The notes under the pieces: model-generated
Seen by the model: the letters and a program-made list of their open reading frames with translations, nothing else
Told to the model about the DNA's origin: nothing
The model's database searches: none
Assembly: GCA_034669905.1 (NCBI GenBank)
Contig: JAXMOL010000007.1
Location: 128,970 to 192,969 of the forward strand
Direction: 5' to 3'
DNA length: 64,000 nt
Source of the DNA: Candidatus Hydrogenedentota bacterium
GTDB taxonomy: Bacteria; Hydrogenedentota; Hydrogenedentia; Hydrogenedentales; JAEUWI01
Made by a program: the position numbers and the translations under genes
Part shown: piece after piece, positions 48,179-56,920 of the stretch
Position numbering within the stretch: the stretch's first letter is position 1
Layout of the letters: the number at the start of each line of letters is the position of its first letter

Positions 48179-49315
48179 ATGTCCATACGCCGTTTTCTTG
48201 TTACCATCACCCTGCTCGCCCTTTGCGCCGTCGGGACCGCCCGCGCAGACGAAGCCCTCACCCAGGCGGAGGAACAACGGACCGATGCCTATGCCCTCCA
48301 GCTGGAAGACTATCTGAGTGAATTGCTGGTGGAGGGCTATGATGCCCGGGCCGACGCCGCCTGGAACCGGGACTACACCAGCGAGGCGGCCTTCCTCCAG
48401 AGCGTCGCACCCAACCGGGAGCGGTGGCGTGACCTCCTCAGTCCCTTGCCCCTGGAGGCAACCGGCCCGCTGGAATCGACCCCCTACCAACCCCTCGCCG
48501 AGCTACAGGCCCAATGGTTGCGCGTGCCCCTCGGCGGACTCTACGCCGAGGCCCTACTCGTGGTGCCCACCACGGGCGAAGGCCCCTTCCCCCTCGTCAT
48601 CGCCCAGCACGGCATCGGCAGCTACCCCGAACTCATCTTTGGCCTCAACGACAAGAGCGGCAACTACCACGCCTATGGCAGCGAGCTGGTGAAAGCCGGC
48701 TTTGCCGTCCTCGCGCCCCTGAACCTCCGGAGCATGGCCCGGCGCAACCGCGTCGAACGGCTTTGCCGCCTCGCCGACACCACCCTGCCCGGCATTGAAT
48801 TCACCCGTGTGCAGCGCCTCCTCGACGAAGTGCTTCAGGACCCCCGCATCGACGCCGACCGCGTGGGCATGTGGGGCCTCTCCCTCGGCGGCCTGGCCAC
48901 CATGTTTTGGACGCCCCTCGAACCCCGCATCAAGGCCAGCGTAGTCGCCGGCTGGTTTAACCACCGCCGCAACAAAATGGTGCACACCGACAAGCGCTAC
49001 TCCTGCTTCCTCGACACCACCGAAGAACACGCCTTCTTTCGCGGTTGGCTCACCGAATTTACCGACCACGACGTGGTCAGCCTTATCTGTCCCCGACCCC
49101 TCCTCATCCAGACCGGAAAGAAAGATGGCATCGCCTGGTGGCCCATGGTGGAAGAAGAGTTCGCCATCGCCAAAACCCACTATGAAAAGCTCGGAATCGC
49201 CGAGCGCGCCGAGCTTGACCTCCAGGATGTGGGACACGAGGCCCACGTGGAAAGCGGCGTACGTTTTCTACGCCACTGGCTGGTCGAAAATTTTACGGCG
49301 TTGGACAAAAAATAG
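48179..49315 (+). CDS. Secreted alpha/beta hydrolase (dienelactone hydrolase/acetylxylan esterase-like)
   Basis: Signal peptide. GLSLGG nucleophile elbow. Confidence 0.72.
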   Translation: MSIRRFLVTITLLALCAVGTARADEALTQAEEQRTDAYALQLEDYLSELLVEGYDARADAAWNRDYTSEAAFLQSVAPNRERWRDLLSPLPLEATGPLESTPYQPLAELQAQWLRVPLGGLYAEALLVVPTTGEGPFPLVIAQHGIGSYPELIFGLNDKSGNYHAYGSELVKAGFAVLAPLNLRSMARRNRVERLCRLADTTLPGIEFTRVQRLLDEVLQDPRIDADRVGMWGLSLGGLATMFWTPLEPRIKASVVAGWFNHRRNKMVHTDKRYSCFLDTTEEHAFFRGWLTEFTDHDVVSLICPRPLLIQTGKKDGIAWWPMVEEEFAIAKTHYEKLGIAERAELDLQDVGHEAHVESGVRFLRHWLVENFTALDKK

Positions 49316-49334
49316 CGATTCCAACTTGACATCA

Positions 49335-49362
49335 CTGCCGATACTTTAATAAACTACGCGTC
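49335..49362 (+). promoter_or_regulatory. putative sigma-70 promoter for the tRNA pair
   Basis: Perfect TTGACA followed by a 15-16 nt spacer and TAATAA. Confidence 0.35.
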
Positions 49363-49367
49363 CCGGT

Positions 49368-49443
<76 letters not shown>

Positions 49444-49460
49444 TTATTTTACCTCTTTGC

Positions 49461-49536
49461 GCTGGAATAGCTCAGTCGGTAGAGCGCTTCACTCGTAATG
49501 AAGAGGTCCGGGGTTCGATTCCCCGTTCCAGCCCCA
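49461..49536 (+). tRNA. tRNA-Thr (CGU)
   Basis: Acceptor GCTGGAA/TTCCAGC. Anticodon loop CTCGTAA. GGTTCGATTCC T-arm. Encoded CCA. Confidence 0.88.
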
Positions 49537-50824
49537 GTAAATGCCTGCCACGAAACGACTTACATAGATAGTTGTTTTGTGGTTTTTATTTGTCTGGCCT
49601 TCGTTATCGCCCCGTTATCTTTGATTTCCGGGATTAGCCCCCTTCCTGAACTATTCCTCGCGGGTGTTTTTGCCATCTTCGACTGCTGACTTGTCTCTCT
49701 ATTCCCGACTGATTCCCTTTCCCTCCTTGGGGTGCCTGAAGGGCTTCATTCCGTCCGCTCCACTTCCTGAGACTTCCCGAGTCGACCGCCACATTCGGCC
49801 ACGAGCCGGGCAGTCATTTACCCTTCCTGGGTCGTCACGGTAGATCGTCGACCACTCCTCCTGCGGTCGTATTGAACGACAGACTATCAATCGCCCGGAT
49901 ACCGACGCAGAGAATCACCATGGCACGACTACCTGGGTCGCCTGTAAGCCCCTACAGTGAAATGTCTTAGGTATGGTTGTTTAGGTCGAGAAAACGCGTT
50001 ACGGGGCATCCTGGGGCTTCTGAGAGGGTGTGAGTTCCATTGTCAGGCGGTCTATTGCTGCGGGATTGTCTCGGGCACTTGGGTTGTGTGCTCTTGCACA
50101 TCTGCCGGAACGGATTGATGGCCCTGAAGTGGAACATGCATTTCGGAAACGTTCCTTCTTGGCCTGGACAACGCCTGGGCCCCGGAATTCATCCCAGAGA
50201 GCCTCCGTCCACAGGCCCGAACTGCCCCATGTTGCCCGTTTTTCACTGGCTGCGTGCCCCAAATGCCCGTAATTACCCTGATTTTTCGTTCCAGAGACTC
50301 CGATTTCCTTCCTGCACGTCCAATGGCACGCTTTGCCATCCTTCGAAGGGCTCAAACGGGGGTGGAGAGGAAGGCGAACCAACACAAACCGACATTTCTG
50401 AGAGAAAGGAAGCTCGCTACGCTCACGCAAGATTGGTCCAACGGGACGCTGCGGACTGGCTGCGCCAATCCTCGCTTTAGGAGATCAACCTACCGCTGCG
50501 GCACGTCTCCGCTTCGCTGCGACACGCCTCGCCTTCGGCAGGGTTAAAAGGTGTCAACAAGTTGACCGGGGGTAGGGGGGGCAGCTGCGCTTACCGGCAT
50601 AGTCAGCACCTGGATTACAAAATCTGGCAATTTTTAAGATGGGGTTTGCTGCTCGGGGTCTTCCAGTACGGAAACAGTGTGCGCACACGGGGAGTCCGTG
50701 TGCGCTCAAAGTAGCCACACCTTCCACTCCTCCTGTGGCATTCCGGCTGCGTTGACAGTCTGGGGCGGAACCCTTATCATGGCGCGATATTCTTGATTCA
50801 GGTTACGACGTAAAGGGGGAATCG

Positions 50825-51592
50825 ATGAGCGACCACAGCGAAGCACCAACAAACGAGGAACACAGTCCGTGGTTTACACAACTCTGGGTTGTCTTGGTCA
50901 TTATCGCTGTCGTCCTATTTATTCAGTGGGGTGCATGGTGTTGGATTGAGGGGCGATATCCAACAGGCGAAGAACGTGCATTCTTTGGGGATATGTTCGG
51001 GGCCGTGAACACGCTGTTCTCGGGGCTTGCCTTCTCCATTCTTGCTTGGACCATGCTCTTGCAGCGGGAAGAACTGAAGCTCCAGCGTCGTGAGCTCCAG
51101 GAAAATCGCACCGAGTTGAAACGGACGGCAGATTCCCAACGCGACATGTTGAAAATCGCAAAACAGGAACAGGCAGACCGAGAGGCCCGAGAGTACAGGG
51201 CGGCCACACTACTCTTAAGTCGTTGGAAGAGAGATGGCAATACGCTCAATAGCGATGGCGGCTTCGAGAGCTGGCGTTTTTCCGCAACGAACCTCGGCGA
51301 GGTAGTGTCCAACGTCGAACTCTCGATGGTCAGTATGTCCGGAGTTGGGAACTATGAATTCGATTGTGACCTGATAGTACCGAAAGGGGGGAAATTGGAC
51401 CTGTTGATTTGGGTGGAGCACAGCAACTCTTCGAAAGGGATTGAGAATTGGCTCTCACTGGAGTTTTTGATTAACTACGTGGATGGCAATGGCCGCAATC
51501 GGCAGCAAAAGTACGTATTGAATACTGGAGAAGAATCAATATCCTGTACACATCTGGGAATTGATGAAGAAGAAGACGTCTTTTCCGGGTAA
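50825..51592 (+). CDS. hypothetical 2-TM coiled-coil membrane protein (paralog A)
   Basis: TM1, then GDMFGAVNTLFSGLAFSIL TM2, then a coiled coil and a C-terminal beta-rich domain. About 50% GC. Confidence 0.6.
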   Translation: MSDHSEAPTNEEHSPWFTQLWVVLVIIAVVLFIQWGAWCWIEGRYPTGEERAFFGDMFGAVNTLFSGLAFSILAWTMLLQREELKLQRRELQENRTELKRTADSQRDMLKIAKQEQADREAREYRAATLLLSRWKRDGNTLNSDGGFESWRFSATNLGEVVSNVELSMVSMSGVGNYEFDCDLIVPKGGKLDLLIWVEHSNSSKGIENWLSLEFLINYVDGNGRNRQQKYVLNTGEESISCTHLGIDEEEDVFSG

Positions 51593-51660
51593 CACCCAGC
51601 TTGTGAAAGCTCTAGAGAAGACGTTGAAACAACGTTTCCGACCAAGGGGAAGAATTAACT

Positions 51661-52362
51661 ATGAAATCGAATGGGCAGCATGAGGGATTCACGCTAACCT
51701 CCAAAAAATTGGACGGATACATCGCAGCAATTGTTACGATTTGGCTCGTCGCCACGATTGGAATACCGGTCTTTTCCTGGTTGTCGCCAGACATTGAGCT
51801 TGGAGATTTCGCGTTGCTGGGGGATAGTCTTGGCACCATTAACGCCTTTTTCTCTGCGCTGGCCGTGATTGTGGTGGTGCTGAGCCTTCGACTTCAACAA
51901 AGGGAGATCGAAGAGACCTTGGCGTTGATGCGCGCCGAGCGTTCGGAAGAGAAGGACCGCCAGTTTCGTGCGGCAACACCAATCTTGATCTCCGGGAACT
52001 TTAGACATTTGAGTGAAACGGGAGGTGGTTCCGCAATGCACTGCCTGTTGACCAATAATGGCCAGACAATATTTGATCCGACGATGACCGTTTCGAACGC
52101 CGAGGACCTAGAGCATATATCGGTAGAAACCAAGGCAGATACGATCTTGCCTAACAATTCCCATATCCAGGTTATCGTAAAGCCGATGGTAGCGTCTCAA
52201 AGCCTTCCGAAACACCTCACGATTTGTTTGACCTTGCAATGTTTTGATATCGATGGGCGCAAGCGAACGCTGCACTTTGAAGGTCGGCCCGTCGTTACGG
52301 AAAAGCTGAAGCTGACTGCCTACGATTTTCTTCCTGACTGGGGTGGTGATCGAAGCGCTTAG
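51661..52362 (+). CDS. hypothetical 2-TM coiled-coil membrane protein (paralog B)
   Basis: Same architecture and shared motifs (GDSLGTINAFFSALAV, LQQREIEE, RQFRAAT) as paralog A. Confidence 0.6.
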   Translation: MKSNGQHEGFTLTSKKLDGYIAAIVTIWLVATIGIPVFSWLSPDIELGDFALLGDSLGTINAFFSALAVIVVVLSLRLQQREIEETLALMRAERSEEKDRQFRAATPILISGNFRHLSETGGGSAMHCLLTNNGQTIFDPTMTVSNAEDLEHISVETKADTILPNNSHIQVIVKPMVASQSLPKHLTICLTLQCFDIDGRKRTLHFEGRPVVTEKLKLTAYDFLPDWGGDRSA

Positions 52363-52593
52363 TCCCCATGTAAACGACCAATCCACGGGCGTAAGCAGGG
52401 GCTATCGGTGGCTGTCTTTTCCCCCGCAGGCGATGGTATCATCGCAGGCGGTTTTTATATTCGGTTGGCCGGTGTCTTTCTGGCATGTTTGTATCGGGTG
52501 AGGCGAGGGTGAGGGTGTGTGCAAGGCCTGTGCCTCTTGCGTGGGGTGGATACCGGCGGCGTGTCGGGTGTGGGCCGGTTTTTGGGAGAGCGC

Positions 52594-54147
52594 ATGAATA
52601 CGAATGGTAATGAAATTGAATCCCGCCTGTGGGCGGCGGCGGATGAGCTGCGGGCGAATTCGAAGCTGAAGTCGTCGGAGTATGCCGCCCCGGTGTTGGG
52701 GCTGGTCTTCCTCCGCTTTGCAGACCACAAGTTCCAGGTGGCGGCGAAGGAATTGGAAGGCCAAGGCGGCGGACGGCGCAAGATTGGCCCGACGGATTAT
52801 CAGGCTCAGGGCGTGCTCTATCTGCCCGAGGCGGCCCGCTTTTCCACCCTCATCCAGATGCCCGAAGGCGGCAACATCGGCGCGGCCATCAACGACGCCA
52901 TGCGCGCCATTGAGACGGAGAATTCCGACCTCAAAGATGTCCTCCCCAAGACCTACAACCGCTTTGAGAACACCCTCCTCAAAGAACTCCTCAAGACCAT
53001 GAACTCCATCCCCATGGACATCCAGGGGGACGCCTTCGGTAAGATTTATGAGTATTTCCTGGGCCACTTCGCCATGAGCGAGGGCCAGAAGGGCGGCGAG
53101 TTCTTCACGCCCACGGCCATCGTCCAGTTGATTGTCGCCATCATCGAGCCCTTCCACGGGCGCATCTACGACCCCGCCTGCGGCTCCGGCGGCATGTTTG
53201 TCCAGTGCGCACGCTTCGTCACCGAGCACCAGCAGAACCCCAGCGCGGAATTGAGCGTCTTCGGCCAGGAAAAGACGGACGAAACCGTCCGCCTCGGCAA
53301 GATGAACCTCGCCGTCCACGGCCTCAGCGGCGACATCCGCGAGGGCAACACCTACTACGAAGACCTCCACCAGGCCCCCGGCAAGTTCGACTTCGTCATG
53401 GCCAATCCCCCGTTCAACGTGGACCGGGTGGACAAAGACCGCCTTAAGGACGACCCCCGCTTCCCCTTTGGTATGCCGCGCACGGACAATGCCAACTACC
53501 TCTGGATTCAGATGTTCTACAGTGCCCTGAGCGCCACGGGCCGGGCGGGCTTTGTCATGGCCAATTCCGCCTCCGATGCGCGCGGTTCCGAGCTGGACAT
53601 CCGCCAGCAGTTGATCCAGGCCCGCGCCGTCGATGTGATGGTAGCCGTGGGCTCAAATTTCTTCTACACCGTCACCCTGCCCTGCACCCTGTGGTTCTTC
53701 GACAAGGGCAAGGCGAAGACGCCCCGCGCCGACCAGGTCCTCTTCCTCGATGCCCGCCACCTCTACCGGCAGATCGACCGCGCCCACCGCGACTGGACAC
53801 CCGACCAAATCGAATACCTCGCCAACATCGCCCGCCTCTATCGCGGCGAGGCCGTGGAAAACCTCCACGGCGGCGCCGACTTGTTGGAAGAGCACTTTGG
53901 CAAAAATCCGAAATACACCGACGTGCCCGGCCTCTGTAAGGTCGCCACGCTGGACGAAATCGAGGCCCAGGGCTGGAGCCTCAACCCCGGTCGCTACGTG
54001 GGCGTCACCGCCCGTGAGGAGGACGACTTCGACTTTCTGGAGCGCCTGGAGGAGCAGAACGAGGAGCTGGAACTTCTAAACGTCGAGGCGCGGGAACTGG
54101 AAGAGCGGATCGCGGAAAATGTGGTGCAGTTGTTGGAGGCGGACTGA
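52594..54147 (+). CDS. hsdM: Type I restriction-modification methyltransferase subunit
   Basis: HsdM_N-like start ([13 protein letters not shown]). N6-MTase NPPF motif (MANPPFN). The ATG at 52594 with a GGGAGAG Shine-Dalgarno is preferred over the track ATG at 52519. Confidence 0.9.
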   Translation: MNTNGNEIESRLWAAADELRANSKLKSSEYAAPVLGLVFLRFADHKFQVAAKELEGQGGGRRKIGPTDYQAQGVLYLPEAARFSTLIQMPEGGNIGAAINDAMRAIETENSDLKDVLPKTYNRFENTLLKELLKTMNSIPMDIQGDAFGKIYEYFLGHFAMSEGQKGGEFFTPTAIVQLIVAIIEPFHGRIYDPACGSGGMFVQCARFVTEHQQNPSAELSVFGQEKTDETVRLGKMNLAVHGLSGDIREGNTYYEDLHQAPGKFDFVMANPPFNVDRVDKDRLKDDPRFPFGMPRTDNANYLWIQMFYSALSATGRAGFVMANSASDARGSELDIRQQLIQARAVDVMVAVGSNFFYTVTLPCTLWFFDKGKAKTPRADQVLFLDARHLYRQIDRAHRDWTPDQIEYLANIARLYRGEAVENLHGGADLLEEHFGKNPKYTDVPGLCKVATLDEIEAQGWSLNPGRYVGVTAREEDDFDFLERLEEQNEELELLNVEARELEERIAENVVQLLEAD

Positions 54148-55970
54148 TGACGAGAGAAGTCCAATGGACACGTAAAACGGTGCTTGACTTGCTAGAAAAC
54201 GTTATCGATTACCGTGGAAGGACGCCACCAAAATCGGATACTGGCATACCATGTCTCTCAGCCGCCAACGTCAAGGGGGGCGTCGTCACAATAAAGGACA
54301 AGTTTGTTTCCCAAGAAGTATACGAGAAATGGACAACGAGGGGTTATGTTCGTCCGGGAGATGTTTTAATAACGACTGAAGCCCCGGTAGCTGAGGTCGC
54401 TCTGCTACCTGGGGATCAGACTTATCTCATTACCCGTCGAGTTATGGCCCTCCAAGTCAACCGTTCTGTGGCAGACAACAAGTTTCTCATGTACAGTCTG
54501 CTGCTGGACGATAACAAGAAACAGCTTGAGGGACTCTCCCACGGAGCCACGGTGCCAAGGTTATTCAAGGAAGACATCTTGGACTTCAAGTTACTGGTTC
54601 CGCCCCTGGCGACGCAGCGGAAGATCGCGGCGGTCCTCTCGGCCTACGACGACTTGATCGAGAACAACCTGCGGCGGATCAAGATTCTGGAGGCGATGGC
54701 GCAGAACCTCTACCGCGAGTGGTTCGTCAAGTTCCGCTTCCCCGGCCACCAGCACGCCCGCTTCGTGGACTCCCCCCTGGGGCCCATTCCCGAGGGCTGG
54801 GAGGTGAAGACGCTGGGGGAAATCGCGACTATAACTATGGGCCTTTCCCCGAAAGGTGATACCTATAACAACGAAGGCGACGGTACGCCGTTGGTAAATG
54901 GTCCAGTTGAATTCGGCGAACGATTTACGAAACGGGTCAAATGGACAACTTCACCAAAGAAACTTTGTAGTGAAGGTGACCTTGTTGTTTGTGTAAGAGG
55001 ATCGACAACGGGAAAATACGTAAAGAGCGATGGCGTGTATTGTTTGGGTCGTGGTGTTTGCGGACTAAGCAGTGAATATCAGTGTTTCCTAGACCAACTC
55101 TTCGAGAGCGAATTGTATACTCTCCTCGGCATGACAAGTGGTTCTACGTTTCCGAGCTGGACCGGACCACAATTAAAATCTCATAAGGTGCTTGTCCCTC
55201 ATGTAAATTTGCGTGCAGAATTCGACAAAGCAATTCAACCTATGAACGCAGCGGTCTTCAAATACACGCGGAAAAATGCGGTCCTCCGCCAAACCCGCGA
55301 TCTCCTCTTGCCCAAGCTCATCTCTGGCGAACTGGACGTATCCGAGCTGAACATCACCGTCCCCGAGGAGCTGGCCGCCAGCCCCGCCCCTTTGGAAGAC
55401 ACCGGTAGCCCGGCGCAGGTAACGGCACCCAAAGCGAGCCCCGCCCCCGCCCCGAAGGCCGCCGAGGAACCGGAAGCCTACAGAGAAGGCGACACGGAAG
55501 CCCCCACGGCCCCGCGCCCCATTGAGGACTGGGACACCGACGACGTGATGGCGGCCTTCCGCCAGGCCGCCCGGAAGACGGGCCAGACGGACCGCGCCAC
55601 CCTCCTCAAGGCCGTGTCCCGTGAACTGGGCTATGGCCGACTGGGTCCGAAGATGAAGACCGTATTGAAAGGGCACCTCAAGGCCGCCATCCGCCGTCAC
55701 ATCATCGGCACCGACGGCGGTGCCACGGTGTGGCCCGAAACGGTCACCATGGACGAATTCGAGCGCGACGAGCTCGTGGCCACCTTCCGTTCCGTCATGA
55801 AGAAGGGCCCCCGCTACGACCGGGAGGACATCCACCGCGCCGTCGCCAACTACCTCGGCTTCCGCCGCCTCACCGAAAGCGTAAAAGCCCCCATCAAGTC
55901 CGCCATCAACGGAGCGATAAGGCGGGGTGTGCTGGGTTATGAGGGAGATGTGTTGTGGCGGGAAGAGTGA
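54147..55970 (+). CDS. hsdS: Type I R-M specificity subunit with ~200-aa C-terminal extension
   Basis: Two target-recognition domains flank conserved LPPL..Q..I...L and central repeat helices. Residues from about 405 form a Pro/Ala-rich linker plus a basic helical domain of unknown function. Confidence 0.85.
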   Translation: MTREVQWTRKTVLDLLENVIDYRGRTPPKSDTGIPCLSAANVKGGVVTIKDKFVSQEVYEKWTTRGYVRPGDVLITTEAPVAEVALLPGDQTYLITRRVMALQVNRSVADNKFLMYSLLLDDNKKQLEGLSHGATVPRLFKEDILDFKLLVPPLATQRKIAAVLSAYDDLIENNLRRIKILEAMAQNLYREWFVKFRFPGHQHARFVDSPLGPIPEGWEVKTLGEIATITMGLSPKGDTYNNEGDGTPLVNGPVEFGERFTKRVKWTTSPKKLCSEGDLVVCVRGSTTGKYVKSDGVYCLGRGVCGLSSEYQCFLDQLFESELYTLLGMTSGSTFPSWTGPQLKSHKVLVPHVNLRAEFDKAIQPMNAAVFKYTRKNAVLRQTRDLLLPKLISGELDVSELNITVPEELAASPAPLEDTGSPAQVTAPKASPAPAPKAAEEPEAYREGDTEAPTAPRPIEDWDTDDVMAAFRQAARKTGQTDRATLLKAVSRELGYGRLGPKMKTVLKGHLKAAIRRHIIGTDGGATVWPETVTMDEFERDELVATFRSVMKKGPRYDREDIHRAVANYLGFRRLTESVKAPIKSAINGAIRRGVLGYEGDVLWREE

Positions 55971-56131
55971 TGTGGCGACTCTTGCTCTTTCAATACCTAG
56001 AGCCGTTAGCCAATTAACCCTAGAAATGAGAGTAGAGTTCAATGCTCAAGGGAAAGTGTAAAGAGTCTCGGAGTAGGCTACGTGAAGACACTCCGGATGC
56101 GACAGGCTCAGTTTAGGCCCAAAACGATCTT

Positions 56132-56920
56132 ATGTACGGAGGCACAATGGTTCCATTTGAAGATGACAATACAAAGGCCTATGTTTATCTCTTGCGAATC
56201 GAAATTGCCCTACGAGAGCTTCTTCGAGCTTCGCTCGAATCCGAATTCGGGCAATCCTGGAGAAAAAGGCTCCCTGGCGAACTGTTGAAAAAGATCAAAT
56301 CTTCGCAGTCAGAAGAGCATCGTCCCCAGTTTGATTTCGTCCGTTTGGGGCCGCTCTACTACTTGACATTTGGAGAATTACTTATCCTTCTTAAACAAAA
56401 ATCGGGGCAATCCGTAGCTCAACGTTTGGGTGGAGATGGAATCCTTAAGCAACTAGAATGTGTCTTCTCGCCACGCAATGCGATTTGCCACTCGCGACCT
56501 GTATCGTCGGTAGGGTTACAAGCAATAAGCTTGCTCTATGTTGAGATAGAGACAGCACTTTCAAAGGAGGTCTTGGTCCAGCTCGTATCGCAACCAGATA
56601 CGGGGCTCACTCAAGTCGATGTTGCCAAGGGCCTCGTTCCCGCCCTCAAAAACTTCATGGCCGATTTGCCAAATCTACCGTCCACACTCCCGGTTCCTGA
56701 AGCGTTTGTAACTGCGAAGAATCAGTTCTGGTGGGCGGACGATGAGCTTGCTGGATTCGATCGTTCACGAGTCGAAGCCGTGATTGGCCTGGTTCGTGAC
56801 TACAACAACCTTCCTGTTGGTGTTGGATCTGCTGGAACACGACTCACATTCTGCGAGCGGAATGCCCTCAAAGAACGGATTAAAGACGCAATAGCCGAGT
56901 TGGAGAGTACGACACTATGA
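56132..56920 (+). CDS. Swt1-like HEPN domain protein (predicted RNase)
   Basis: FGQSWRKRLPGELLKKIK...FGELLILLK...LKQLECVFSPRNAICHSRPV matches the Swt1-HEPN layout with an R-x4-H motif. About 48% GC. Confidence 0.6.
   Translation: MYGGTMVPFEDDNTKAYVYLLRIEIALRELLRASLESEFGQSWRKRLPGELLKKIKSSQSEEHRPQFDFVRLGPLYYLTFGELLILLKQKSGQSVAQRLGGDGILKQLECVFSPRNAICHSRPVSSVGLQAISLLYVEIETALSKEVLVQLVSQPDTGLTQVDVAKGLVPALKNFMADLPNLPSTLPVPEAFVTAKNQFWWADDELAGFDRSRVEAVIGLVRDYNNLPVGVGSAGTRLTFCERNALKERIKDAIAELESTTL

Noticed and set aside
49498-49689. 63-aa ORF overlapping tRNA-Thr
   Set aside because: It overlaps a well-folded tRNA gene and has no Shine-Dalgarno sequence. Spurious.
49999-50480. 143-aa and 146-aa ORFs in the post-tRNA gap as possible integrase remnants
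   Set aside because: No R-H-R-Y integrase motifs could be aligned convincingly (one LGH string only). Treated as non-coding pending tblastx.
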